A DNA stretch of 64,000 bases. It comes from Nibricoccus sp. (lineage in GTDB: Bacteria; Verrucomicrobiota; Verrucomicrobiia; Opitutales; Opitutaceae). The notes beneath the pieces were generated by a model. It saw nothing but the letters and a program-made list of their open reading frames with translations. It did not search any database and was not told where the DNA came from. The stretch covers positions 352,001-416,000 of the forward strand of contig JASGHG010000001.1 of assembly GCA_047602425.1 (NCBI GenBank), written 5' to 3'. This document shows, piece after piece, positions 49,367-59,728 of this stretch. Numbering within the stretch: position 1 is the first letter of the stretch; each line of letters begins with the position of its first letter. The translations under genes were made by a program, and so were the position numbers.

Positions 49367-50551
49367 CTAGAAAACGTATTTCGTGCTCAGGCCAGCGCGG
49401 GTGCGTTTGAGCGCGCGGTCCCGATCGTCAGACGAGATGCGATCGTAATCGACCGTGAGCGAGACCGACCAGCGTCGCGTCGGCCGGTAAACAAAAGCAC
49501 CGCCGAGTTGGGTGTTGGTTTCGCTTTGATCGGGACGCACGCCCTGCCGACCGTGCAGACGTGACGGCTCCCAGGTGAGCGAGCCCGTCAGGGCGAATTT
49601 CGGCGTGAGCATCTGCTGCAGATTGAGAAAACAGCGGTTCACACTCATGTCCGTGTACAGTTCGGTGTTTGAAGTTTCCTCGACCGAGTAACCGTATCCA
49701 ACCGAAACATACGAGCCTTGGCCGTAGTCCAGTTTCAAACCGAGTTCAGCATAAGGCAGGGTATCGCTGCGCTCGCTGGCGCGGCGACGTTGTTCGACAC
49801 CAAGCCGCCCACTGACGGAAAAACGGGCATTGAGCGCACGATCGAGACCCAGCAGGAAAAAATCCGAGCGTTTGTTTTTCGTGCGGCCTTCGGTGTCATA
49901 ACGAATATCGAGATGGCGGTACTCCAGCATTGTCTGTAACAAAGGCAGCACTGTCTGGCTCGCCGTGACACCGACAAGCAATTCGGAGCGGTCGAGACTG
50001 TCCGCCAACACGTCGTCGGCAAAAGCGTAGCGCGTGTGGCGTCCTTTAAAAGTGAGCCCCGTGCGTTTGGTCAGGCTCATGGCAAAGCGCGAATCGAACT
50101 GGTTGCGACTAAACGACTGATCGGTGTTCACCACCGTGGCCAAGCCGGGCAGAAGCGATTCGGGATTTTTCGCGATCTGATACGTATCGCTAAAATCCAA
50201 TTCCATTTGCGGAGTGAAGGTATGCGCCAGGCGCGCCATGAATTCATGACTATCGAGCGACTTTTTCCCCGGTCGGTCGGGCATGTAGTCGTACGAAAGC
50301 CGGTAAGCCGCCGAGGCCAGCGTGCGGCCATCAATCGAGGCATTGAACGCAATATTCGGATTCAACTGATAGACGTAGCTGCTGACTTCATTCACCGAAC
50401 CACCAAATATGTTCGAATCGTAGAAAACCCCGGTGGACAAATAAACCGTGAGCGCCTTCCCCTGCTCCACCTCGGGAATCGGCGCGTAAACCGCGCCCAG
50501 GCGCAAGACGGGCAGAAGGCAGAAAGCAAAAATGATTCGCAGGGCACGCAT
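49367..50551 (-). CDS. Outer-membrane beta-barrel associated with polysaccharide export
   Basis: Signal peptide, YDSNIF, alternating beta-strand pattern, terminal YVF; adjacent to the Wzc gene. Confidence 0.75.
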   Translation of the reverse strand: MRALRIIFAFCLLPVLRLGAVYAPIPEVEQGKALTVYLSTGVFYDSNIFGGSVNEVSSYVYQLNPNIAFNASIDGRTLASAAYRLSYDYMPDRPGKKSLDSHEFMARLAHTFTPQMELDFSDTYQIAKNPESLLPGLATVVNTDQSFSRNQFDSRFAMSLTKRTGLTFKGRHTRYAFADDVLADSLDRSELLVGVTASQTVLPLLQTMLEYRHLDIRYDTEGRTKNKRSDFFLLGLDRALNARFSVSGRLGVEQRRRASERSDTLPYAELGLKLDYGQGSYVSVGYGYSVEETSNTELYTDMSVNRCFLNLQQMLTPKFALTGSLTWEPSRLHGRQGVRPDQSETNTQLGGAFVYRPTRRWSVSLTVDYDRISSDDRDRALKRTRAGLSTKYVF

Positions 50552-50575
50552 GGAATTAAGAATCGTTGGCGATAG

Positions 50576-52342
50576 CTACTTTCCCGGCGCCGTGTTGGCA
50601 TACACCGCCCGTGGATCGAACAGAACGTAGAGGTCGTCCGTGAATTTCTGCGCGACGGTCAACGGAAAGCGAGGTGGCGGCCGGTTCGTCACCAACCACG
50701 TATAGACCTGAGCCCATTCGCCCAGGCGGCTCGGGTCGCTGCCGATCCGATTGAGACCACCAAAAAAAGGCCGGCTGAGCGTTTTCGGGCCCAGCACCAA
50801 CGCGTACGGCGGTTGATCGACCCCGATTTCATAAAACTCCCGCAGCGTCGCCGGCTGCGACCACACGCACTGGCCGCTATACCATGCGGCGCCCGCCGGC
50901 ACGTCGGCCATCCAGGCAGCTCCACCGCGCCGGTTGGAATCGTCGCGCATGCCGCAGTAAATATTAGGATAATACGGCGGATAACTAAAATGGCCGCGAT
51001 AGGGCTCCAGAACGTCATGTGCCAGCGGCAATGCCTGCAAACCCAGCAACGCCGCGGCCAGCCAGCGTCCAGCGAGCGCAAATTTTTCGTTGCTCGCGAC
51101 CAGCACGGCGAAAAAGCCCGCGCCAAACACGGTCACGATCGGCACCGCGTAAAATGCCGGGAAACGCTCTCCTTCTCCCGAATCGAGAAAGGCAAACGAG
51201 ACAACCAATACCACTAAAATTGCGAGCAGCGCCCACCGCATCCGGTTCACCAGCGAGGAACGGAAACGGTAAAGGAGGCTGACAACGAAAAGCGCGGTGA
51301 AGAGCAGCCCACCCGCCCAGATTTGCCCGCCCAGCGCAACCTGCAAAGCCGTCAGGCCCTTGTTGCCGATCTTGTTCAGGAGAATGGCCGGGCTTTCCGC
51401 GGAGAGTGTGTTGCGCACGATTTCGGGCTCGGCCGTCGGGTCGCCCGCCTTCAAGGCGACGCTCTGCCCTCCCAGCCCAAAAGGGTTGTCGGTCAGTCCG
51501 ACGTTGCGCGACATCCAGGGATAGACGACCAGGATAAAACCAATCGCCACGCCTAAGATCGCCGCCATGCGGGCTCCACCGCGGCAACGCAGTCCGGCGT
51601 AGGCCAGCACCGGAAGCACCACAAGGCAGGCGGTGTAATCGCAAAGACACATCAGGCCGCAAGTCACGCCCGCCATGAAAAACCAGGGACGCAGCGGCTT
51701 GCCTGTCGCAGCCGCACCATCGCCCCGCACCAAAAAATGTGCCAGCCCCAGAAGCAACAGCATCATGAGCGGCGTTCCGTTGACCGCCACGGTCTGCGCC
51801 CAGATCGTGGAACAAAGCAACAAGCCCAACATCGCCAAAAGGCCTACGTTCGCGTCGAACAACTTGCGTCCCAACAACCAGGTCAGCACCGCCGCGATCC
51901 ATAGCAGGACCACATTCAAAACGAGTAAAAGGTAGTCCGCGCGGAAGCCGTCGATGCCTTGCGGCGCGTTTTGAAACAATGCATGCCGCATCCTCGCCGG
52001 CAGAATGGAGAGCGCCCCGCCGATCACTGTCGGATAGAGCGGCGCCTGGTGCAATTCGGGCCACGCCCGCTCGAAATCGGGTTTATGTCCGCGCGCGCGC
52101 AGCACCGCGAGCGACTGGGGATAGCGCACCAGCGTTGTGAAACCCTCGCCCGCCGCGACCTGTCGGCCCACCACCGCCTGGGCGAGTGTCGTCTCTGTGC
52201 GCGGGCCGCGGAATTGCGTGTATCCAATCCGCAATGACAACAGCAGGACGCCCACCAGCAACGCCGCAATCCGGATCCAGCGCGCGCCCGGACCGATCTC
52301 CAACCAGTGCACCCATTCTTGTGGCGAACGTGAAGTTTTCAC
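50576..52342 (-). CDS. GT-C fold (ArnT/PMT-like) polytopic membrane glycosyltransferase
   Basis: Many TM helices; AVVGRQVAAGEGF, PLYP, PWMSRN...NPFG. Confidence 0.65.
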   Translation of the reverse strand: MKTSRSPQEWVHWLEIGPGARWIRIAALLVGVLLLSLRIGYTQFRGPRTETTLAQAVVGRQVAAGEGFTTLVRYPQSLAVLRARGHKPDFERAWPELHQAPLYPTVIGGALSILPARMRHALFQNAPQGIDGFRADYLLLVLNVVLLWIAAVLTWLLGRKLFDANVGLLAMLGLLLCSTIWAQTVAVNGTPLMMLLLLGLAHFLVRGDGAAATGKPLRPWFFMAGVTCGLMCLCDYTACLVVLPVLAYAGLRCRGGARMAAILGVAIGFILVVYPWMSRNVGLTDNPFGLGGQSVALKAGDPTAEPEIVRNTLSAESPAILLNKIGNKGLTALQVALGGQIWAGGLLFTALFVVSLLYRFRSSLVNRMRWALLAILVVLVVSFAFLDSGEGERFPAFYAVPIVTVFGAGFFAVLVASNEKFALAGRWLAAALLGLQALPLAHDVLEPYRGHFSYPPYYPNIYCGMRDDSNRRGGAAWMADVPAGAAWYSGQCVWSQPATLREFYEIGVDQPPYALVLGPKTLSRPFFGGLNRIGSDPSRLGEWAQVYTWLVTNRPPPRFPLTVAQKFTDDLYVLFDPRAVYANTAPGK

Positions 52343-53760
52343 CGGTCAATCACGTCGAGTTCGGGCCATTGTGAAATCTTGCGGTGCAGCGTGCGACGGC
52401 TGATCCCCATGAGCTCCGCCGCCTTCGTGCGATTGCCACGCGCCTTGTGCAAGGCTTCGCGCAATAGGCGTTTTTCGTTGTCCTCCACCAGAAGCGAGGA
52501 ACCGGCAGCCGAACTATTGGCCGGAGCCACAGCACCATCGTCCGCAACCGGCGGCGTGGCGCTTCCGGCGGCGAGCACGGGCGTTTCGCCGCGGAATTTG
52601 GGTTCCAGTTCGAACTCGGTGAGCCGCCCGCCGCGATGCAGCACGACAGCGTTTTCGACAAAGTTGCGCAGCTCGCGGATGTTGCCCGGCCACGAATAAG
52701 TCTGCAGGTGCTTCATCGCACCCGGCTCGATCGTCAGCGGCTGGACGCCGTTTTCGTCGCTGAAGAGCTTGTTGAAATGCGCGAGCAAAAGCGGGATGTC
52801 GTCGGTGCGCTCGCGCAGTGGCGGCATCGCGATGCGCACGACGTTGAGCCGGAAAAAAAGGTCTTCGCGGAATTTCCCAGTGCGCACCATCTGTTCGAGG
52901 CTGCGGTTGGTCGCGGCCACGAGGCGCACGTCAAGTTGAAGCGGCTTCGAACCGCCGACACGCTCAATCGATTTCGTTTCGAGAAAACGCAGCAGCTTCA
53001 CCTGCGTGGATTGGGAAATCTCGCCGATTTCGTCGAGGAAAAGCGTGCCGCCGTCTGCCGCTTCAAAACGGCCGATTCGCCGCTCCATCGCGCCAGTGAA
53101 AGCGCCGCGTTCGTGGCCGAAGATTTCGCTTTCGAGCAGATTTTCCGAAAGCGCCGCGCAATGCACCGCCACAAATGGCGCACGCGCACGCGGACTCGCC
53201 TGGTGAATAGCCTGTGCAATAAGTTCCTTGCCCGTGCCCGACTCGCCTTCGATCAGGATCGTGGCTTTGGAGGGAGCGACGAGTTTTACCCGGCCGAGCA
53301 TGTCCTGCAATTTTTCCGAATGGCCCACGATGCCGGTGCCGGAGATGTTGAACTTTTCGTCGAGGCGTTCGTGCAACTGCTTCACTTCGACTTCGAGTGT
53401 CTTGGATTTCAACGCGCGCTGGATGAGCACTTCGAGTCGCTCGATGTTGACGGGCTTCGTCAAAAAATCCACGGCACCGCGTTTCATCGCTTCGACCGCG
53501 GTCTCGATGTTGCCGTAAGCGGTCATCATCAGGACGGCTGGGTGGTTCGGCAACGTGAGCGCCTTGTCGATCACTTTAAGTCCGGATTTCCCCGGCATAC
53601 GGAGATCGGTCAGGATGACATCGAACTCCTGCGCATCGAAAAGGTTGAATGCCTCATCGGCGCTGCTGGCCACGGTGACGTCATAGTTGTCTTCCAAGGC
53701 CTGTTGCAGGCCCTCGCGGGTATGCTTCTCGTCGTCGACTATGAGTACGCTCGGAACCAT
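52339..53760 (-). CDS. Sigma54-dependent response regulator (NtrC/AtoC family)
   Basis: Receiver [37 protein letters not shown], Fis-type HTH. Confidence 0.93.
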   Translation of the reverse strand: MVPSVLIVDDEKHTREGLQQALEDNYDVTVASSADEAFNLFDAQEFDVILTDLRMPGKSGLKVIDKALTLPNHPAVLMMTAYGNIETAVEAMKRGAVDFLTKPVNIERLEVLIQRALKSKTLEVEVKQLHERLDEKFNISGTGIVGHSEKLQDMLGRVKLVAPSKATILIEGESGTGKELIAQAIHQASPRARAPFVAVHCAALSENLLESEIFGHERGAFTGAMERRIGRFEAADGGTLFLDEIGEISQSTQVKLLRFLETKSIERVGGSKPLQLDVRLVAATNRSLEQMVRTGKFREDLFFRLNVVRIAMPPLRERTDDIPLLLAHFNKLFSDENGVQPLTIEPGAMKHLQTYSWPGNIRELRNFVENAVVLHRGGRLTEFELEPKFRGETPVLAAGSATPPVADDGAVAPANSSAAGSSLLVEDNEKRLLREALHKARGNRTKAAELMGISRRTLHRKISQWPELDVIDR

Positions 53761-53859
53761 GCCCTAAGTCACACGCTGGAAAGCCCTCACGTCAAGCACT
53801 GCGCAACTTTGGCACAGTCGGTGATTCGAACATTGAGTTCGATCCAGCCGATCTCGTGG

Positions 53860-54300
53860 TCGACACTTTTTCGGTTCAATCCAACACTCACTCCATTGAA
53901 GCCGACACTCTTCCAACCGGTACCGACGTCGAATCACTCTAGGCCAACGGTATTTCAACCGGCGCCAACACTTGAAGTGAGCAAATGGACACTTCGCGTG
54001 CCCAAGCCGACATCTCAGGTGCCCACTTGCTCGGTCAAAGTGTCGACGCCGACATTTGGAGTAAGAAAGCCGACATTCAGAGTGCTCAATTCAATAATTC
54101 GACTGAGCAAAAGCGCACTCGGCGTGTTCAAGCCAGCACTTCAGATGCGCAAGCCGATGCAAAAACCATCGGCTCCGACACTCAAACTGTCGACTTGCAT
54201 GCAAAAACCATCGGCGCGCTCACTTAAAGTGTCGGCTTACGCATAAAAACCGTCGGCTTGGATACTCAGAGCGATAAAGCCGACACTCCGTTTGCCGAAC
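53860..54300. repeat. Degenerate tandem array, 21 units of 21 bp
   Basis: CCGACA/CCAACA-like heads recur in exact 21-nt register (53860, 53881, 53902 ... 54280) with variable remainders. Confidence 0.8.
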
Positions 54301-54371
54301 TTCTCCTCGCGGGTGCCAAATTTGCCATCCGCGACCCAAATTCCCCTCGGGAATCATAAAAAGGCACAGCC

Positions 54372-55568
54372 TCACTCCCCGCCGCTCAGCATCCGCACCC
54401 GGCGGTTTTTTTGCGGGAATTGCAATGTCACGATTGTGCCGACGCCTTCCTTGCTTTCGATGCCGACCTGGCCGCCGTGTTCGCGCATGATGCGCTGCAC
54501 GATCATCAGGCCGAGGCCGTGGCCGCCGGGTTTGGTGGTATGATACGGTTGGAATAGCCTGACCAGATCCTCCTGCTTGATGCCCGCGCCGGTGTCCCCG
54601 AAGAGCAGATAAACGTTGTCGTCGTCGACCCGCGTCTTGATGCGCAGGCTGCCGCCGGGCTCCATCGCCTCCATCGCATTTTTCACGAGGTTGAAAAATA
54701 CCTGTTTGATCTGGTTTCGGTCGGCCATCACCAACGGCAGGTTGGCCGGGATTTCAGCCTCCACGGTCACGCTGCGATCCGCGATTTCCTGTTGCTGAAA
54801 ACGCAGGACTTCGTCGAGTAGCTCCGCGAGGTTGGTGTCGGCGAGATCGGGGGGCTGCGGGCGGATCGCGTCGAGAAAATTGCTGATGATACCGTCGAGG
54901 CGCCGCACTTCGTCCTGACAAACCTTGATCGAATCGGCCAGCGCGTCCGAGTCTTTGGATTTGGCGGCTTTGAGTTTTTTCAACCGCCGTTCGATCAGCT
55001 GCAGGTGAATGGTCAGCGAATTAAGCGGGTTGCCCAATTCATGCGCCACGCCAGCTGCAAGCAGGAGAATCGAGGACGTTTTTTCGTTCTCAATGCGCTC
55101 CTCAGTCGTCTGTTTGTCGCGGGTAATGTCGCTCAGGATCACCGCGAAACGCCGCTCGGCGCCCTGCCCTTCGTTTTGGAACGGCACCATGTATAAACGC
55201 ACCGATTTTGGCTCCGGATAGGACAGTTCGATCTCGCGCGCTACCACCGGCAGCGTCGGCACGGAATCGTCGTCCAAGGCGGCTTCCAGCGAAGGCCGCA
55301 GCCCCGGAACCAGTCGCCAGAGGATCGCACCGCTTAATTCATCCTCGCGCAGGCCGATAATACGGTGAGCAGCATGATTCGCATATTCGATCACCCCGCC
55401 CGCGCTGATCACCAGCACGCCCTCCTGCAGGGTGTTGAAAATGTTTTCGAACAATCCGCGTTCGCGTGCGAGACGCTGGACAAGGTTGGTCAGATTGACC
55501 GTATCGAGCGTGTCGATACGCCCAAGCACGCGATCAAGCGAGGAGTGTTTCTTGACTGCCATGTGCAC
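54372..55568 (-). CDS. PAS-domain sensor histidine kinase
   Basis: PAS (EGVLVI...YAN), H-box AHELGNPL, N-box [21 protein letters not shown]. Confidence 0.92.
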   Translation of the reverse strand: MHMAVKKHSSLDRVLGRIDTLDTVNLTNLVQRLARERGLFENIFNTLQEGVLVISAGGVIEYANHAAHRIIGLREDELSGAILWRLVPGLRPSLEAALDDDSVPTLPVVAREIELSYPEPKSVRLYMVPFQNEGQGAERRFAVILSDITRDKQTTEERIENEKTSSILLLAAGVAHELGNPLNSLTIHLQLIERRLKKLKAAKSKDSDALADSIKVCQDEVRRLDGIISNFLDAIRPQPPDLADTNLAELLDEVLRFQQQEIADRSVTVEAEIPANLPLVMADRNQIKQVFFNLVKNAMEAMEPGGSLRIKTRVDDDNVYLLFGDTGAGIKQEDLVRLFQPYHTTKPGGHGLGLMIVQRIMREHGGQVGIESKEGVGTIVTLQFPQKNRRVRMLSGGE

Positions 55569-55638
55569 AGGAAAACAAACCTGCGGCGCGTTGCAACCCG
55601 TCGTCTCGCCATCTCGCAGGAAACTGAAAAACGAAATA

Positions 55639-55800
55639 GTTACACAGAGAACACGGAGGAAAAACCGGAGGTCACAGAGGCGTTCCGGTTCATCCCGAAT
55701 CTACTCCGCATTCCTGCCCTTTTGGCTCTAAGCCGTGTATGGGGATTTTCTTTTCAACTCTCTGTGACCTCCGTGTCTCCTCTCGTGCCCTCTGTGTAAC
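55639..55800. repeat. REP/MITE-like element with ~41-bp imperfect terminal inverted repeats
   Basis: GTTACACAGAG.ACACG.....CGGAGGTCACAGAG (55639-55679) vs CTCTGTGACCTCCG...CGTGCCCTCTGTGTAAC (55758-55800). Confidence 0.72.
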
Positions 55801-55878
55801 AACTGCTCATTCATCCTAAAACCAACCGCCTGCAACAAAGCTTGTTCAACCTCCAAAACCTTCCTACCCTCCCCAACC

Positions 55879-56966
55879 ATGAACCCCGAACGTATTGGCA
55901 TTCTTACCGGTGGCGGCGATTGCCCCGGCCTTAACGCAGTCATTCGCGCGGTCGTCAAAGCCGCCTCGCGGCTCGGTTGGGAAACCCTCGGTTTCCTCGG
56001 TGGCTATGAAGGTCTGCTTTCCCCCGTTGCCTACCGCTCGCTCGACCATCGCGAAATGGGCGCGCTGCTCACCGCCGGCGGCACGGTGCTCGGCACCACC
56101 AATCGCGGGCGTTTCGCCGCCAAGACCGGCCATGGCGAAAAAGCTCAAATCCCGCGCGACGTTCTCGATCAGGCCAAACTCAATTTCGAAAGCCTCGGCC
56201 TGCGCGCACTCATCTGCGTCGGCGGCGATGGATCGCTAACCATTGCCCAGACCCTTTTCGAACACGGCATCCCCGTCGTCGGCGTGCCCAAGACGATCGA
56301 CAACGACCTCGAAGCCACAACCATTACCTTTGGTTTCGACTCCGCCGTGGCCTGCGCGACCGATGCGCTCGATCGCCTGCACACCACTGCCGCCAGCCAC
56401 AACCGCGTGATGGTCCTCGAAGTCATGGGCCGCTACGCCGGATGGATTGCCGCTCACGCCGGAATCGCGGGCGGCGGCGACATCATTTTGATCCCGGAGA
56501 TCCCGTTCAACTACGAATCGATCTGCAAAAAAATCGCCGAACGCGAAGCGATGGGCCGGCTTTTCACCTTGATCGTGGTTGCGGAAGGTGCACGCGAGGC
56601 CGGCCATGATTTCGTTTCGCAAGAACCCAACGCCAAAGATCGCGAGGCCCGCCTTGGCGGCATCGGCGCCGTCGTCGCCTATGAAGTCGGCAAACGCACC
56701 GGCAAGGAATGCCGCACCGTCGTCCTCGGCCACTCCAACGCGGTGGCGGTCCTACGACGTTCGACCGCTTGCTCTGCACCCGCTTCGGCGTGAAAGCCGT
56801 GCAATTAGTCCAGGAAGGCCGGTTCGGCCAAATGGTGGCCCTGCGCCCACCCGACACTGTCGCCGTCCCCATCACCGAAGCCATCGGCCGCCTCCGCACC
56901 GTCCCGCCCGACGGTGATATTGTCCGGACCGCAAGAGCGCTGGGGATCAGTTTTGGGGCGGAGTGA
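55879..56966 (+). CDS. pfkA: 6-phosphofructokinase (PfkA, group III-type GGDG/PKTIDND); apparent -1 frameshift at ~56733
   Basis: TGGGDCPGLN, GGTVLGT, GGDGS, PKTIDND, EVMGR; adding one C restores LGHLQRGGGPTTFDRLL...LGISFGAE. Confidence 0.9.
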
Positions 56967-57031
56967 GTATGACGATTCTTTGGCCATGGTTGTCTCAATG
57001 ATCTCCTGCACCGCTAAATTCTAAATTTTCG

Positions 57032-57460
57032 ATGACAGAAATAACAATTGCTCTGCTTTCATTACTCAGCGCCGCAATAAGCGCTTTTCTCGCCTATATT
57101 TTCACAACTCGGGCAACGCGGACTGAAGCAATGCTTCGATTCAAAGAGGAGAAATACGCAAAGTTGTTGGTAAAACTACAAGGATTTGTAGGCGTTACGA
57201 CTTCAGCCCAGTTGAAAAAAGAATTCTTCGAGGAACAATATCAGGCGTGGCTCTACGCATCAGATGAAGTCATCCAAGCTCTAAACAGGATGGTCCGTTT
57301 GGTCATCGAAAGCAAAGGAGTTGAACCAAGCCCCGAAGCCGGGCACAAAGCGGTTGGAGACATCGTGGTCGCAATGCGCCGAGATCTCCTTGGCAAAACC
57401 ACCCTCGACCATACGGCATTTAAGTACATCGATGTTATTGAAAGAACAAAAGGTCATTGA
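57032..57460 (+). CDS. Hypothetical membrane-anchored protein, AT-richer than its neighbours
   Basis: 142-aa ORF; N-terminal TM helix; WLYASDEV...MRRDL. Confidence 0.7.
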   Translation: MTEITIALLSLLSAAISAFLAYIFTTRATRTEAMLRFKEEKYAKLLVKLQGFVGVTTSAQLKKEFFEEQYQAWLYASDEVIQALNRMVRLVIESKGVEPSPEAGHKAVGDIVVAMRRDLLGKTTLDHTAFKYIDVIERTKGH

Positions 57461-57476
57461 TCCGTAAGGCAGCAAA

Positions 57477-58409
57477 CTACTTCCCCTCCCCCAATAACTC
57501 CTTCACATCTTTCTGTTTTGGATACTTGGGGCGCTTCGGGTTGGGGTTGACTTGGTGAATCCAGACGCCGGCGATGCGGTCGGGATATTTGGTCAGAATG
57601 GTGTGGTAAATCTCGGGGTCACGTTCTCCGTCGTCGCCAAAGAGGAAGAATTTCAGCTGCGGAAATTCGGCCAGAATCGTCTCGATGCGACGGAGTTTGT
57701 AATTCTCGTGTTCGCCCATCGAGTCGCCCGAACCAGAACCTATCTCTTTCAACTGCAGCACGCCCCGGGGAAAACCGTTGAGTTGGAGAAAGCGCCGGAG
57801 ATTGTCCGTCAGCTGGCGGGGCGATGAAGAAACATAAAAGACCGCGGAGGCCTCGGGCGCGGGGTTGCTTTTCAGCATGCGCGCATAAAGCGCGGCCATG
57901 CCCGGCACGGCTTGGCGCAACTCCGGAGGCACGGCGAGGCTGTTTTTAAGGAGCGTCGTCGTGCTCAGCACCTCACTGACCAGAATCGTGTCGTCGATGT
58001 CGGAGATAAGACCGACGGTATTGCCAGGATCGGCGACTAAAAAACCGGCCTGACTGCTGGCGGCTGGTTCGGCTTCGATGTCATACCAGCCGGGTTTCAA
58101 GTCGAGCGACTGGCTGGCGGCGATCGCCCAGTAACCCTTGTCGCCGACGCGCAGCGACCAGCCGTAACCCGGTATCCGCCAGGCCACGATACCATTCTCA
58201 CCACTGGTAAGCAGCAGCCTCGTGTTGCGATAAATGGATTGAAGCGAACCGCTGTTTTTATCCGGACCGTGATGCACTTCCGTTAAACGCCCGGAAAAAT
58301 GATAACCTTTTGCTCCCTGCCAGGCGTCGTCCATGACGGTCTGCAGAGCTTCTTCGCCATGCAGCGGAAGCGAAAGCAAAGCGACGAAAAGAAGCGCGCA
58401 AAATTTCAT
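57477..58409 (-). CDS. App1-family (DUF2183) phosphatidate phosphatase
   Basis: ISDIDDT (DxDxT), FYVSSSP, FPRG, LFGDDGERDPEIY; signal-like N-terminus. Confidence 0.83.
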   Translation of the reverse strand: MKFCALLFVALLSLPLHGEEALQTVMDDAWQGAKGYHFSGRLTEVHHGPDKNSGSLQSIYRNTRLLLTSGENGIVAWRIPGYGWSLRVGDKGYWAIAASQSLDLKPGWYDIEAEPAASSQAGFLVADPGNTVGLISDIDDTILVSEVLSTTTLLKNSLAVPPELRQAVPGMAALYARMLKSNPAPEASAVFYVSSSPRQLTDNLRRFLQLNGFPRGVLQLKEIGSGSGDSMGEHENYKLRRIETILAEFPQLKFFLFGDDGERDPEIYHTILTKYPDRIAGVWIHQVNPNPKRPKYPKQKDVKELLGEGK

Positions 58410-59557
58410 CGCGCGGTTTTGGCCAAAGTTTCGACCAGCATCGAGGCAATTTCCCGCGCCGCAAACGGCTTGGCGATCGCCTGCGCGGCAGCGGACATGC
58501 GCCTGATGCGGACCGGATCGGCCAGCCAGCGTCGCAGATAATACGCGGCGTCGGCGGTATCGTAGAGTCGCACAGCAGCGCCTTCCTCAAGGAGATATTC
58601 GGCGTTGCGTTGTTCCTGGCCGGGGATCGGCGCGACCAGCGCGAGAGGCTTTCCTTTGGCGAGCACTTCCATCGTGGTGAGGCCGCCGGGCTTCGTTACT
58701 ACAAGGTCGGCAGCATCCATGAGTTCGTGCATGTTGTTCACGAAGCCGTAGACCTTCGCGGGAACGGGCAAATTTTCAGCGACGACGCGGCATTCCTTTT
58801 CGAGTGTGGAATTTTTCCCCGCGACAACGACCAACGAAAGCTCATCGCGGCAATCGGCAAACGACGCGAGCATCTGCTTCATCGGTCCCACGCCGAAACC
58901 ACCCGAAAGAAGTAAGATTGTCGGCTTTTCCAAAAGGCCGAGTTTGGCACGCGCTTCGGGGCCAGGCGTGCGGTTGGCGAAGATCGGATCGACCGGGATG
59001 CCCGTGACGCTGATGCGCTCCGGTGGTACACCTTTGCGGAGGAGTTCGCGCGCCGCGGCGGGCGTGGCCACGTGATAGTGCTCAATATGAGGATAAATCC
59101 AAAATGCATGCGGGCTCACATCGGTCACGACGGCATGCACAGGCATCGAAAGTTTTTTTCGCCCTTTGAGATCGGAAAGCAATTCGAGCGGCAGAAAATG
59201 CGTGCACAGGATCACGCGGGGCTCCACTTCGTCGATGCATTTGCGAAAAGAGCGGCTGTTGAGCTTGTCAAAAGCCAGACGTGCGCGGGCGCGTTTGCTG
59301 GCAGGCGACACCACCACGTCAGAACGATCATAGAAATATCCCCAAAGCTCGGGCGCTTTTTGTACGAGCGAAATATAAGATTTCACGTACATGCGGCGAA
59401 AAAACGCAGTCGTGCATTCGAGCGTATCGACCACGCGATGGTCCTGATTGGTGGCTTGGAGTGCGGCTGAAATCGCCTCCGCCGCGCGTTTGTGGCCAGC
59501 GCCGGCCGTAGCATGGAGAATCAGAATCGGAGAGCCTGCGGGCCTGGGATTTTTCAT
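58406..59557 (-). CDS. MGDG-synthase/UgtP-like diacylglycerol glycosyltransferase (GT28)
   Basis: GAGHKRAA, CTHFLP, VVTD, TGIPV, GGFG, TKPGGLT..E, PGQEQRNA. Confidence 0.87.
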   Translation of the reverse strand: MKNPRPAGSPILILHATAGAGHKRAAEAISAALQATNQDHRVVDTLECTTAFFRRMYVKSYISLVQKAPELWGYFYDRSDVVVSPASKRARARLAFDKLNSRSFRKCIDEVEPRVILCTHFLPLELLSDLKGRKKLSMPVHAVVTDVSPHAFWIYPHIEHYHVATPAAARELLRKGVPPERISVTGIPVDPIFANRTPGPEARAKLGLLEKPTILLLSGGFGVGPMKQMLASFADCRDELSLVVVAGKNSTLEKECRVVAENLPVPAKVYGFVNNMHELMDAADLVVTKPGGLTTMEVLAKGKPLALVAPIPGQEQRNAEYLLEEGAAVRLYDTADAAYYLRRWLADPVRIRRMSAAAQAIAKPFAAREIASMLVETLAKTAR

Positions 59558-59728
59558 CGGGGAAACAGGGCCGCACTCTGGCAGGAACAAACCGCGTGAG
59601 GCAAGCCATTGGAGCACGTTAAAACCTAAGCAGTGGCCATGTGCTCAGATCTAGCGATTTGTTTTCGAGACGCGTGATGCGCCGCTAGAACCAAACACCG
59701 CGTTGAGGTCAACGCGGTCCACCGTTTG

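Noticed and set aside
53809..53826. Sigma54 -24/-12 promoter (TTGGCAC...)
   Set aside because: The -12 position reads GA rather than GC, and it points away from the adjacent gene
52636..54246. 536-aa + strand ORF
   Set aside because: Mostly antisense to the sigma54 regulator, then reads through the 21-bp array; no credible start or domain
53860..54300. CRISPR array
   Set aside because: Unit is only 21 bp with a ~6-bp degenerate constant part; no cas genes or leader
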